Assembly (NCBI GenBank): GCA_030167865.1
Contig: JALAGF010005450.1
Span: 1 to 52,867 of the forward strand
Length of the DNA: 52,867 bases
DNA from: Craspedostauros australis
Lineage: Eukaryota
Direction: 5' to 3'
Within the stretch, counting starts at the first letter, position 1; each line of letters begins with the position of its first letter. The notes under the pieces are model-generated. The model saw only the letters and a list, made by a program, of their open reading frames with translations, ran no database searches and was not told where the DNA came from. This document shows positions 35,400-46,674 of the stretch, one piece after another. The position numbers and the translations under genes are program-made.

Positions 35400-37051
35400 A
35401 TACTTTGGTCTTACTATCCAGAAACATGTGGCTTCGTTGTTTTAGTGATAAAGTGATAAGTGAGTCCTGCGCACTGACATGGATTGGAGAACAGCATTGT
35501 CGAAGGACTGGGTTCTCGCCCGGCAACTGTTCCGCTCACATCGCCTCGCTCTCTCCAAAGCCTCGCTGCAGGTAACTCCATCCAAGATCGCGAAGGAGGG
35601 TTTGGCGCTCCCAATCCCCAGTGATATGCCAAGGCACATGGTCGTTAGCGTGGCAATTTGCTCCAAACCAGGGATCAGACGGATCTCATCCTGCCCCAAT
35701 CCAGACACGCCAGAACCTTTGTGGGGGTTGTTCATGCCCACGGGAGTTGTCCTGATGTTTCTTCAGGGGGCTACGCGGGGGATGGTCGTGGCGGAAACAT
35801 CATCAGCATTGGTGTGAAGAGTACGCACAATACCTCTTGGAGCGTGATGGACTCTTGCTCCGCCATCGCCCCGCGAGTACCACCGTCACTCGCATCATCA
35901 GAAGTTTCCATTCTGCTCGGATTTCTCTCCATGGGCTGTCCTTCTTGTCCATTCTATTCGCTCCAATCTTCATCTTTTGTCAATCGAAACACGGCAATGG
36001 CAGACGAAGAATCTTCCCTGATTCGCTCCCCCGTCACGCAGCACGTCGCACGGCTTGGACTCCCCGCGCTCTCTGTGCTATCAACAATTGCGCACATTGT
36101 CCAACAGCAGGCCCCCATGGGGAGACGCCAGATGCTTGAACATGGCACTCGCGAACGCTGGTGGGAGAAAGAATGGTGATGGAATATAGTAGATCGTGTT
36201 CGGGTGTTCGGGAACGCTTGGGAATGGATGGGCGGACCGCTCCATGCCGGTGCCAATACCAATGTCCATACCAACACGAGCTGCTGAGCAACACCAGGAG
36301 CAACCTTCTCTTCACAAACAAGATGCATTGCTATTCTCATCGGGATTGGGATCCATGCACCATAACTTGTGTAATGACCTATAATAACTTGGAGGTACCG
36401 CATGGCGTCCAGCCATGGGCTGAAACAGCGTCCCTGATTGGCATACCAGTCGCCTTTTGGGTAAACAGATCTGTTGTACAAGTACTCACACTTGTGGCCA
36501 TCATGCGATACGAGCTACGAGCACCAGCAGGTATTCTCGATGCATGTCCCGGACTCTCCTGTGGATTGCAGGCAACAAGCGGACATTTGATGCGCTTTGA
36601 TGGACTTGTGAAGGGGGGAGTATGGACCACACGTCGAGATGTCCATGGACGCCGTTCGGCTTGGCAGAGCGCCCAAGGAGCCATCTTTGGTGAAGATGTA
36701 TGATCATCACATCATCATGTACGTATGGATGGCGCCACCATCAATCACTCCCAACATGACTGTCATTACCATCATCCATGGGCGCACATGTTCACATGCT
36801 GGCGCTGCAACAGAGGTGGAAATGAAGCACAGCTCTTCGTCACTCACCACGATTGCGCGAACAACGGCTGCGAGGAGAAGAGGAATGCGTACGACTACGA
36901 CCACAGCCGAGTGCTGCCCTTCTGCCTCTTTCTGTTCCATTCCTTTTGGTTCGGCGCCTCCTTTTGTCTTGCAATGGATCACCTCACTTGTGCGCATCCC
37001 CCTTGCCGCTGTCACGTGGCCATACTCGTGTGAGTACACATGTCCAATCAA
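35400..37051 (-). pseudogene. Possible decayed gene with an EGF-like Cys motif
   Basis: One minus frame from 37051 to 35954 is broken only by TGA TGA (36709-36704) and TAG (36517-36515). It reads CLQSTGESGTCIENTCWCS*LVSHDGHKCEY after a hydrophobic segment. Protein-like fragments (YCAY, PWFGANCH) continue in other frames. Boundaries are approximate. Confidence 0.35.
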
Positions 37052-37102
37052 TTAGTACACTCTAGGGAGAGTAGAGTAGAGTAGATTACAGCACTCTAAA
37101 CT

Positions 37103-40100
37103 CTAAACTACATCGACGCGGAAATCGATCGTCGAATTGAGGCCCCTCTCCTTTGCGCCGTACGCGAAGATGTAAAACACCTCTCCCAGCGAGGTAGGCC
37201 ACTGGCAGCCTTCGATGCAGCTCGGTGCCACGCATACCAGCTGCTCGCATCTGGTTTCGATACCTGGCGAGATGGTCCGGTCGGAAGTCAACACCGCAAC
37301 TTCCATGGCGTCGTTGGGCGTGCTGCTGCCACGTTGCGTGATCACGAAGTTGAACAGATGGCCCGTTCCAGTCACCTTGTACCAGTACCCGCTTGGATCG
37401 GTCACGACGATCTCTGCATCGATGCAATCGGTGGGCACGGACAAATCCTCGGTGGCAGCGGAAAGGTCGACGGATTGGACATTCAGCGATGATGCGTCAT
37501 CGACCGCAGCGGCGTCTTGGACGATCCCATCCGCGTCAAGAGCATTGGTGCAGAAGTCAGCGTCTCGGAGAGTGCCGAATCCGCTGTCCACGATGGACAA
37601 GACAAAGTCTCCACGCTCGTTGCCAGCGCCATGCACCAAAATATAGTAGACGACGCCTGCCATGCTTCCCCACACCACGCGACTTTCGAATGTTCCACAA
37701 AAATCGTTGTTGCCTCCGGCGCACTGCAAGTCGACGGTCGTGTCACCAACTGTCGTCGACTCGTCCACCACCGTGACCTGCGTGTCGAAGGTGGCCTGTC
37801 CGCATGTGCTCGCAGCAATATTCCCGCCAGTGCCAACGACAGAGATCCACACGCCCGGAGCTGTGGGGGTGGATGCGGTGTCGCAGTTCGACGTGAGCTG
37901 GGTATCGACTGATTGGCCAAGGTGGGTTCGCCCTGGAACGTCGATTGCCCCTCCATCCTCGAGTTGGATGTTGCCATACGCGTTCTCCCGGAGGTTGCTG
38001 TCGATCAACGACAGCTCGAATGCCCCGTCACCAGTAAGCGCTTCATCTTCTCGCAGGACGAGGAGACGGTAGACGGATCCTTCGCGGCCTATCCAGACGA
38101 CTCTTTCCAACGCATCTTTGTAAACGGCCGTAGTGTCGCATTCTAGCTGCGCGCAAGGATCCACCGCAGATGGCTCGAGGAACACATGGACGCTGAAGCC
38201 CTGCGTTACTTGCGCTGTCACCGCTGAGTTCTCGCCTTCGTATCTGTACCACAGGCCATTCCGCGCGGCGAGTTCCAATTCAATCTGGCACCGCTGCGCA
38301 AACTGGTTCGGTTGCTGCGTCTCATCCAGCGTTGCGATGATCCGATTTTCGAATCCCATTGCGACAGGGTGAGCTGACTCGCAGAAGTTGTTGTCGCCCA
38401 AGGTTGGCTCAAGCGAGGGCACACTGGATGGTTCTGCCGTGGTTGGTCGTTGCGTGATGGTGGGCATTGCAGTTGGAGCAGAACTCGGCATGGCGGATGG
38501 CGATGGCGTCGTCGGAGCTGCAGTCGGAGAATTTGACGCAAGAGCAGTTGGCGCAGCAGTTGGAGCGGCCGTCGGCGAATCCGTTCCATCGCCGCCTCCC
38601 GATGACTGCGTCGCTATTGCGACAACGACCGCGATGATCGCTACCACCACGATCAGGGCTATGCCGATCATCCAGCGAGCGCGCTTTGTCTGAAACCATT
38701 TTGGATCCTCTGCATCTGCTCCCTTCAGCGCTTCGTCGTCGTCGCCGTCGGGCACTTCGGCGACAACGACGGCCTGCGCGGTGGCCGTTTGCATCATGAG
38801 ACGCTGCCTCGTCTCCTCCTCGATCTTGAGACGTTCCTTCTCCGTCATCTGCTCCTCGTTGTCTTCCACGAGCTCGGCGTGCACCGGCAGCGCTTCCGGT
38901 GGTTGCATGTGCATGCTGCTGGATCCATGGTGCTGCTGAGACATGGAGCCGGAACTGTCGGCCGCGCCGCTGCTGATGGTCGACCCGAATTGAGATGGCG
39001 CAACGCTCCTGCGGGAATGCGTGGGGGATTCCACGATGTTGTCATAATCGTACTCGTCGTCCTGCACCATGGGCCCATCCACGCCGGCGACGTGCGTGAC
39101 GCCCGGCGCCACGGCCTGATCCCTAAATTTGTCGTCGTCAACTGCTGGAGCCGCACGGCTTTCCTCTTCATCAAAATCCCTGTGCACTTCATCCACCATG
39201 TGCGCCTGTCCCTTGTGCGTTCGTCGACGAGCGCGGTGACCGGAACCCATCTTCATCTTCTCCGTGGCGATCGTGTTCGCACGGCTGCGTCGCGTGTTGC
39301 TGTCCATTGCTTCCGCGGAAAATGCCCTAGCACTGTCGCTCTTTGCCGCCTGCATGTGACGCCGCGTCGGTGTCGGTTGGTGCTGTTCTGTCTGATCCTG
39401 CGACGCTGGTGACCTCATCACTCTGATGCTCCTCTTCTTGGATGCAGCATGATCCTCCCCGACAGCATCCTTCATCTTCGCATCCTTGGCCCGCGAAGGT
39501 CGTTGGGATCGGCTGGTGGCGCTCATCTTGAGATCCTGGGAGCTCTGATGTACGTCAACGGGCGCATCCGGAGGGGGCGAAGCATCCCCGAATTTTCCCT
39601 TGTAGCCTTCCTTCCTCGTTCGGTTGCGCACCCATCCCATGACGCCACCGCGACGAGTCTGCGGCTCCTCCTGCTGCTTCGTTTTGGATCGCGGGATCTG
39701 GCGCACCGTTCGCGTCATCTCGAGCGACGCGTCCACGGCAGCTTTCTTCATGATCCGCTTTTCTCTTCGCGTGGGTTCGCGCTCCGCCTCGACATGCACG
39801 GCTCCTGGCGCGGATGAGGCGTCGCTCGTGCGGACCTTCGTCAACCTGCCTCGTTTAAGCGGTTCCACAGCACGCGTCTTGGCGGTGGCCTCGCGGCTCT
39901 TGGCCTTGGCATCGGACGCCATGGCCAGCAGGTTGGGAGTGGTTGGCACGGTGGCCTCCATCTGCCGCTTGCGCATGTCGTTGAGCTGGGCATCTTCGAG
40001 CTCGTCCAGCAGCACCTGCGACTGGTCGCGATCGGCGCCGAAGAAGCTGCTGTGGCTTCTCACGGAAGCATGGTTCTCGTCTGCTGCATCTGCTGCATCG

Positions 40101-40354
40101 TTGCTGTTCAGCTCCTGCGATGCCTCGATCGCCACAGACGCAACGTCGGGCACTGTGGCCGTCTCATGTTGAGCAGTCTCATCCACAGCGGCTGCGCTGT
40201 CCGCGTCATCGACGATCATGGTCGGGAAATGCTCCGATGTGGCATCCAGGTCGATCATGCTGGTGTCCTTCGCGATCTTCCTGCCGGCATCCACCGCGCG
40301 CTGCGCGTGGCCAGCTTCAATGTCATCCGGCTTTTGTGGGGCGCTGTGGGACAT
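37103..40354 (-). CDS. Type II single-pass membrane protein with disordered N-terminus and three Cys-containing ectodomain repeats (paralog of 28008-30773)
   Basis: 1083-aa ORF; TM WMIGIALIVVVAIIAVVVAIA; PTAAPT linker; repeats NNFCESA..GLWYRY, PGVWISVVG..YYILVHG, DFCTNALD..GYWY..YIFAYG. Confidence 0.87.
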   Translation of the reverse strand: MSHSAPQKPDDIEAGHAQRAVDAGRKIAKDTSMIDLDATSEHFPTMIVDDADSAAAVDETAQHETATVPDVASVAIEASQELNSNDAADAADENHASVRSHSSFFGADRDQSQVLLDELEDAQLNDMRKRQMEATVPTTPNLLAMASDAKAKSREATAKTRAVEPLKRGRLTKVRTSDASSAPGAVHVEAEREPTRREKRIMKKAAVDASLEMTRTVRQIPRSKTKQQEEPQTRRGGVMGWVRNRTRKEGYKGKFGDASPPPDAPVDVHQSSQDLKMSATSRSQRPSRAKDAKMKDAVGEDHAASKKRSIRVMRSPASQDQTEQHQPTPTRRHMQAAKSDSARAFSAEAMDSNTRRSRANTIATEKMKMGSGHRARRRTHKGQAHMVDEVHRDFDEEESRAAPAVDDDKFRDQAVAPGVTHVAGVDGPMVQDDEYDYDNIVESPTHSRRSVAPSQFGSTISSGAADSSGSMSQQHHGSSSMHMQPPEALPVHAELVEDNEEQMTEKERLKIEEETRQRLMMQTATAQAVVVAEVPDGDDDEALKGADAEDPKWFQTKRARWMIGIALIVVVAIIAVVVAIATQSSGGGDGTDSPTAAPTAAPTALASNSPTAAPTTPSPSAMPSSAPTAMPTITQRPTTAEPSSVPSLEPTLGDNNFCESAHPVAMGFENRIIATLDETQQPNQFAQRCQIELELAARNGLWYRYEGENSAVTAQVTQGFSVHVFLEPSAVDPCAQLECDTTAVYKDALERVVWIGREGSVYRLLVLREDEALTGDGAFELSLIDSNLRENAYGNIQLEDGGAIDVPGRTHLGQSVDTQLTSNCDTASTPTAPGVWISVVGTGGNIAASTCGQATFDTQVTVVDESTTVGDTTVDLQCAGGNNDFCGTFESRVVWGSMAGVVYYILVHGAGNERGDFVLSIVDSGFGTLRDADFCTNALDADGIVQDAAAVDDASSLNVQSVDLSAATEDLSVPTDCIDAEIVVTDPSGYWYKVTGTGHLFNFVITQRGSSTPNDAMEVAVLTSDRTISPGIETRCEQLVCVAPSCIEGCQWPTSLGEVFYIFAYGAKERGLNSTIDFRVDVV

Positions 40355-41117
40355 CGTGCGTAGTCAACGTGTTGCGTACTAGAATAGTAGTAACAGTAGA
40401 GGAGGTATGACGGTTGAGAGTATGTGCACCACGTACAGCGCTCGGTATTTGTGGGCTTTACCGTCTATGGGTATTTGTGCTCGGCGAATTGAGCGAAGTG
40501 AGCTCAGATGGGGTCTTGTGGTCTTGGTCTCTTCCTGAAGAGTCCTGTCTGCAGGGTATCGCCGATTCCGCGCTGCGTCTGTGAATGAACCAAGACAAGG
40601 AGGAAGCAATCCAGCACGAAGGCAATCCAGGGCGGTGCTGGTCGCTTCTTGTCGTGTGGAAAACGCGATCAGAACGCTTGTCTTCTCTCTCTTGACATCA
40701 ACAAGAGCGCAACACAGAACGCGGATGTCCGTTCGTGACTGCTCTTGCGCACAAATCCATCTTCCTTCGTCACCATGTCTACTGACCAACGCGACTCAAA
40801 CACAATGCGAACTTGCATCCAGTACTCAATTAGCGCCAACGTTGGCATGAAAATCCGTGAGACAAAAGTGCTTTTGAAACGGCGAGATGGAATCTTGATG
40901 AACGTGGATGCCTGGCATCAGCTGTTGAGGCAAACTCTGCAGAGCACATGGTTCGTATTGCAACACGACGAAGGACTTGTATTGCATTGTATTGCATACC
41001 ATTGTGTTGCACTGAATTGCGTTGTGTTGTGGATGGAGACACAAACAATTACAGCAAGACATTGAACATCGGAAAGCACCATCATAGATCAAGGCAAACA
41101 AGAGGCGCGGATTTGGA

Positions 41118-44100
41118 ATGGAGGCTGTCGCGGTAAAGACAGAGTCATCGTCAGCATTGGCGTCATTGGCGGATCCTTCCTTGGGTGGCGTTGGTGGGGA
41201 CGGCGTGAGCGAAGATGATACTTGCGCTGCTGGCAGGAAGGCATGCAGCGCTGCTGCTGACGATGACAGCCACGCTGTGACGGAGGATGATGGCAAGCAT
41301 GAGTCGCCGCCAGTGTTGGCCAACGATTTGTCAGCGCAGCAAGCAGGCAAGACGAGCGCTGGTGCGGAGAAGGACATCATGGGCGAGCTCAACAGCTTCA
41401 ACACGCGCATCAATGCCAGCAACCACAATGCCTCAAACAACGCTGACAGCGCCGATAGTAACCAGTGCGACGACCATCCAAGCAGCGCGAAGGAAGGAGA
41501 AGCATCAGCAGCCTCTGCTTCTGCAATGTCGCAGGATATCATGACGCAGGAGATGACGCAAATCACCGTGGATGAGATTGACAACAATCACAACAATCCC
41601 AGCGGGCTCGGTGGCATCGACGGCCGCGGGTACTCCTACGGGGCTCCCCACAATGCCAACGCGGATGACGATGTGGACGATCCCTTCGCTTTCTCGCAAC
41701 AGCAGACATCGCAGTCCGATTCGCAGCTGTCATCACCAGCCGCAATGCCGCCACCGCCGCCACAACCGTGGGGCAGGTTGCTGCCAACCACCACCGCAAC
41801 CACCACGGTCGCAGCCACGGACTTGTTTCCTCGACCATCCGAGGACGCAGCCGACACCGCCAAGATCTTCAATGAACATGTGCTGGGACGATCCTCCAAG
41901 TGTCATGTGCCAGTCACCATGCGAGTTGCCTCGAAGCAACACAGCAGCAATCGAAAGATCGACATGACGAAGGTCCATGCGTGGGCGCACTCCATGGTAC
42001 GTGTCCACATCATCATTCATGGAAAGACAAGAATGCAGAAGTTGTCATGGACATGCCGCCAACACCTTGTCAAACACAACCATGAACATGAGCTTGACCT
42101 GTCTGTGCACGCACGCGCACATTTTGATCCCGAATTCTCACAATCTCTCTCTTTGCGATCGGCATGTTTTGCTCACGTTCTTCCCTCCACTTTGCTTCCA
42201 CTGTGGTTGTCGTTTTTCCCTCCGACGTCAACCCTTTCTCAACCTCTTCTCCGTTCTCGTCTCCTCTCCGGACGCAATACTTCATACCACCTCCAACCGT
42301 GGCAAATGGTGTCACTGTTGCTGTCTCCCTCGTCGGTGCCGCCACTTCCACTCTGCCAATTGTTCTTCCCGTCAAACTGCAGATCAGCAATCGGCACTGT
42401 CGAATTTACTGCCAAATGCGAACGGACCACCACGCCCAGAATACAGATCAGGGAACAACGATCGCCACCAACAACAGCAGCAACAATGTTAACACCAATG
42501 CCAGCATCAGCAACGGCGGTATGGACGACAACAGCAGCAGCAACGATTTTGACATCTACATCGAGGACACGTCGGGAAATGGAACTCTCATCAACCAATC
42601 CACCGTTCTGCGATGCGGCGAACGACGCCTTCTGCACAGCGGAGACGAGATGTGCTTCGTGCAGCCCGACGTCCTTCGCAAACGCATTCGACAACCGCAG
42701 ATACTGCAAACCATCCTGCAGTCGTATTCCTTCATCTTCGTGCGGCCCAGGTTAATGCTGGATGATGCCACGTTGGCCACGCTGGTGACATCGAAGACGT
42801 GCTCCAACGCGGCGCCATCGCCCAGCAAACAACGCAAGCGTCGTCTGCATCAGGCACAACAACAGCAACAACAACAGCAACAACAACAACAACAGAATAG
42901 ACTGAGGCAGGGCATTGTGAATCCACGTGAAATGACATATCGGCGTCGCCATCCTGAACAACACAATAACGCTACTGATGAAATCAATGGGATCCAACAG
43001 TACCATGCACAAGACGGGAACGATCAACCAACAACCACATCGTCCACAGCAGCAGCAACAACAGCAACAACGACCGCAATCAAATCATCGCTCATTCCGC
43101 CACCATCAGACTACCGTCGCATCGAGATGGATTACGACATCCGCGAGGTTCTCGGTGATGGCACATCTGGCCAAGTGCGCCGCGCCATCCACCGCAAAAC
43201 AGGAAAGCAGGTCGCAGTCAAGATGATCGCATTGGTCCAAAAGGGTGGTCGCGTGAAGGTCGACGCCCGCAAGGTGCAGGAAGAGGTGGATATCCTACGA
43301 AAACTTGATCATCCTCACATCGTCAAGCTCATTGACGTCTACATACGACCCAGCGTCTGCCTCTACCTCGTCTTGGAACTGCTGCAGGGCGGCGATCTTT
43401 TCGATGCCATCGTCGCAAGGACTCGATACACCGAAATCGAAGCACGTCGCACCACTCGGCGGCTGTGCAGCGCGCTGTACTACCTCCACGAAGAGCAGCA
43501 TATCGTCCATCGCGATCTGAAGCCTGAGAATATCGTCCTGCAATCCAAATCTGTGCCATGGTCCGTCCAGCTCACAGATTTCGGCCTCGCCAAGATATGC
43601 GTCGGCTCTGACATGATGCTCAAAACGTTCTGCGGCACGCCGCAATACTTTGCGCCGGAAGTCCTGCAACGACAGCACACCAAGAAGGGAAAGGGTCGGT
43701 ACGGCAAGCCTGCAGATCTGTGGTCGTTGGGTGTCATCCTGTACATCCTCCTCATTGGGCAACCGCCCTTCGACAGTCCCGACGAAGACCAGGACGAAGC
43801 CACAGCAACATCACCATCATCCTTCGCGCTGTGGTGGCCAGATCATTACATCAATTCTCCCGCTGCGGATCTGGTCAGCCAACTATGCAAACAAGACCCC
43901 AAACGACGCTTGACTATCCGTGCAGCATGCGACCATCCGTGGCTGCAAATCGATGATGGCGACACACACATTCATCCATTGGATGATCCAGTGATCGTGT
44001 TGGGATCCACCAAGAAGAAGCTGTTCGGGGAAGCAGCAGATGTGGATGCACCGCAGACTACTGGTATAACACCGAGCAAGGAAACGGCAGGAAGCAACGA

Positions 44101-44752
44101 AGACAACGAAACTAAGCAAGGCGACGGCCAGAAGGAGGATGCACCGTTGCCGGAGAAGGTGGCTGCAAAGACAAGCGGCAAGAAGGGTGCATTGTCAAAC
44201 AATGAGGCAAGAGCGACTGTGATGTCACCGGAGGAATTCTCCGTCTCCGCACTCAAAGACCCATCGCCAACCTATCACATCGCTGGCAGGAAAAAGAATC
44301 GGACTCCGTCACAGCCGCCACCAGACGATGAGCTGCAATCGGTTCCATCCACACCGCAAAAGAATGATGACGATGATCACGATTCGGAGAAGCAACAGCA
44401 GCAATCTCCCAGCCTTTTCAGTCCAGGAAGCGAGGCGTCCACGCCACCGCGCAAACGACGCCGGCGGCGGTCATCCTCTTCCTCCTCGGAGAAACGCAAA
44501 AAGAAGAAAGAGCAATTGGACTTGGAATTGGAATTGCCAGATGATGAGATCCAATCGGAATTCAGTGACGACAGCGATGTTGATGCCAGTGTCGATGTCA
44601 ACAAAGAGGATGGCTACGATGGTGGCGCAGCTGCGGCTGGCGAGAAAGGAGGCAACACAACAACAGCAGCAACAACGGCAGCAGCACTCAAGCAGGCGAA
44701 GGCAAAAGTGCAGAGGCAAACGACGCTATCATCTTGGTTATCGAAGAAATAG
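41118..44752 (+). CDS. CHEK2: Chk2/Cds1-like checkpoint Ser/Thr kinase (SQ/TQ cluster, FHA, kinase); 2 exons, ~1082 aa
   Basis: Exons 41118-41996 and 42383-44752; intron GTACGT...TGCAG splits the FHA domain (LGRSS..HSM|ISNRHC..DTSGNGT). SQ/TQ cluster MSQDIMTQEMTQ, SQQQTSQSDSQ. Kinase motifs LGDGTSG, VAVK, HRDLKPEN, DFG, TFCGTPQYFAPE, DLWSLGV. Confidence 0.88.
41997..42382 (+). other. Spliceosomal intron of the Chk2-like gene (386 bp, phase 0)
   Basis: GTACGT donor, pyrimidine-rich body, CAG acceptor; joins two ORFs into an intact FHA domain. Confidence 0.85.
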
Positions 44753-45899
44753 GCCATGCCTTGTTGTGGACGAATTTAGCAATTCTTAACGAATGGACAA
44801 GCCTTCTCTGTGCATCAACCTCGTCCTCGTCGTCGTGTTGATAGCTTGTCGCACCAATGGAGGACTCGGAGATGCCGTGAGCACAGGCTTCGATGCAAAA
44901 GGCAATGAGGAACAGGTGCGATCGACATACGACCCGTGTGAGTCAATAGCGGTGCGGTCCCTCCAGGATTCTTTGTTTTTGGACCTTCAATTCAGATGAA
45001 ACTTGGCGCACATACACTTTAACATGCTTAGATTCATAATCCGGGATTGAAGCTCCAGGGAGGCCTTATTTATAAAGTTATGAGATGATGAAGTTGGGCA
45101 GGCTACCTCTAATGGAGCCCGCGATCTGTCGTGTTGTTTTTTCTAGGTTTGGGACTATCTCATGACTTTTTGGTTTGTTCACGAGTTCGAGAATCGGTTT
45201 TTGGTGGGTCGAAGGCAAAACTTGATGCCAATTGCCGCACAGACGGGCAGACGACGCAATTTCGAGGTGCTCACAACATGGTCAACTGGTGGTGTGAACG
45301 CGTGCAGCTGCCCCAACTGCTCTTCCCCCCCATTCTCGTTTCACTGCATACAGGATTATGATGGTGAAGGCGGTACTTCCAATGGATAGGGGAAAATCGA
45401 GTATAATGGCTTCTGAAAGAGTGAGGCGACGATGGAGAATGGGATTGACATCCTCAGTCTCGTGCATTGCTATCAGATCAAACGTCTATATTAATCTTAG
45501 TCTATGTCTAATCTTGTTCTCCATAGAATGCGTCAGGTCACGCATGTGACTTTTGGTCATGAACCGTTTTCTCTTTATCTGTTTACCTCATTTACCGCAA
45601 CTACCAACGGCCCTCAGATACCTGTCTTGGTGTCTGAAGGTGGTAATGAGTTGAAGGATGGACGTCAGGCCCTGCCTGTCATCCTCCTTATGTGCACATG
45701 AACATAAATGTCTACTGTCTTGGTGAGTGAATGTACCTGAGCATCTTGGCTCAGATACAAGCTCATCAATCCCATCAAATTTGGCAAGATCGCATTTCTG
45801 CAATGATCGGATTTGCTGCATGCATCATTGTTGTTCCAAGAAGCAAGATCAGTATTGGAGGCACTATGAACCTCCTCAGTCTTGCAAACTTGACAACAC

Positions 45900-45999
45900 C
45901 TTCATGCTCTGCACTTCATGCACTGCAATTTATGCACTGCACTTCATGCNNNNNNNNNNNNNNNNNNNNNNNNNNNNNNNNNNNNNNNNNNNNNNNNNN
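45900..45999. repeat. 14-bp tandem repeat (CTTCATGCACTGCA) running into a 50-N assembly gap
   Basis: ~3.5 imperfect copies at 45900-45949, then N at 45950-45999. Confidence 0.8.
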
Positions 46000-46484
46000 C
46001 ATCATTTCATCTCCATCTGCTCACAATTCAGACTCCAACAGTTCTGAATTGGGCCAGCTTACATACCATCTAACATCAATTAATCACTCAGAGCACAATA
46101 ACACTACCACACAGTTTCACTCTACTTCATTGACGGACTTGATCACTCCCAATTTTGAGGTAAGTACCCACTTTCATCTGTGTTCTATCAGATTAACAGT
46201 CGCAATCGCCTACATCCTGTGCTGAATGCGTGAACCATCGTCATTTCCCATCGTCATTGAGCATTCATCAACAACATCATCTTGCAACATCGCGTGACGA
46301 CGTGAAGTTGATTCCATCTCTGTGACTTCAGCTTTGCTGCGCAGAACATCAAAGCCAATCGGCTTGTGCACACTCACTTCCATCACTTTTAGACGCATTC
46401 GTCAGTGATATCCATTGCCTTGTTACCCAAGTACTTCATCAACACATCATCCATTTGGTATTGATCACATCCGATCTACCAACA

Positions 46485-46662
46485 CATCAACAATCAAACA
46501 ATCAACCAATCAATCGAACAATCAATCAATCAATCAATCAAACAAACAATCAATCACACAAACAATCAATCAATCAATCAAACAAACAATCAAACAATCA
46601 ATCACACACAAACAATCACACACAAACAATCACACACAAACAATCAAACACAAACAAACAAA
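46485..46662. repeat. Compound (CAAT/CAAA/CACA)n low-complexity tract just upstream of gag
   Basis: ~175 bp of caatcaaacaatcaac... almost devoid of G, ending ~12 bp before ATG 46675. Confidence 0.9.
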
Positions 46663-46674
46663 CTACATTCCAAG

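Noticed and set aside
41997..42755. C-terminal part of the 545-aa ORF and N-terminal part of the 862-aa ORF as separate proteins
   Set aside because: Intron read-through; splicing gives one FHA-kinase.
46456..46467. TGGTATTGATC as a tRNA-Met primer-binding site and a 5' LTR upstream
   Set aside because: Poor match to TGGTATCAGAGC, no second LTR copy to define boundaries, and an N gap in the region.
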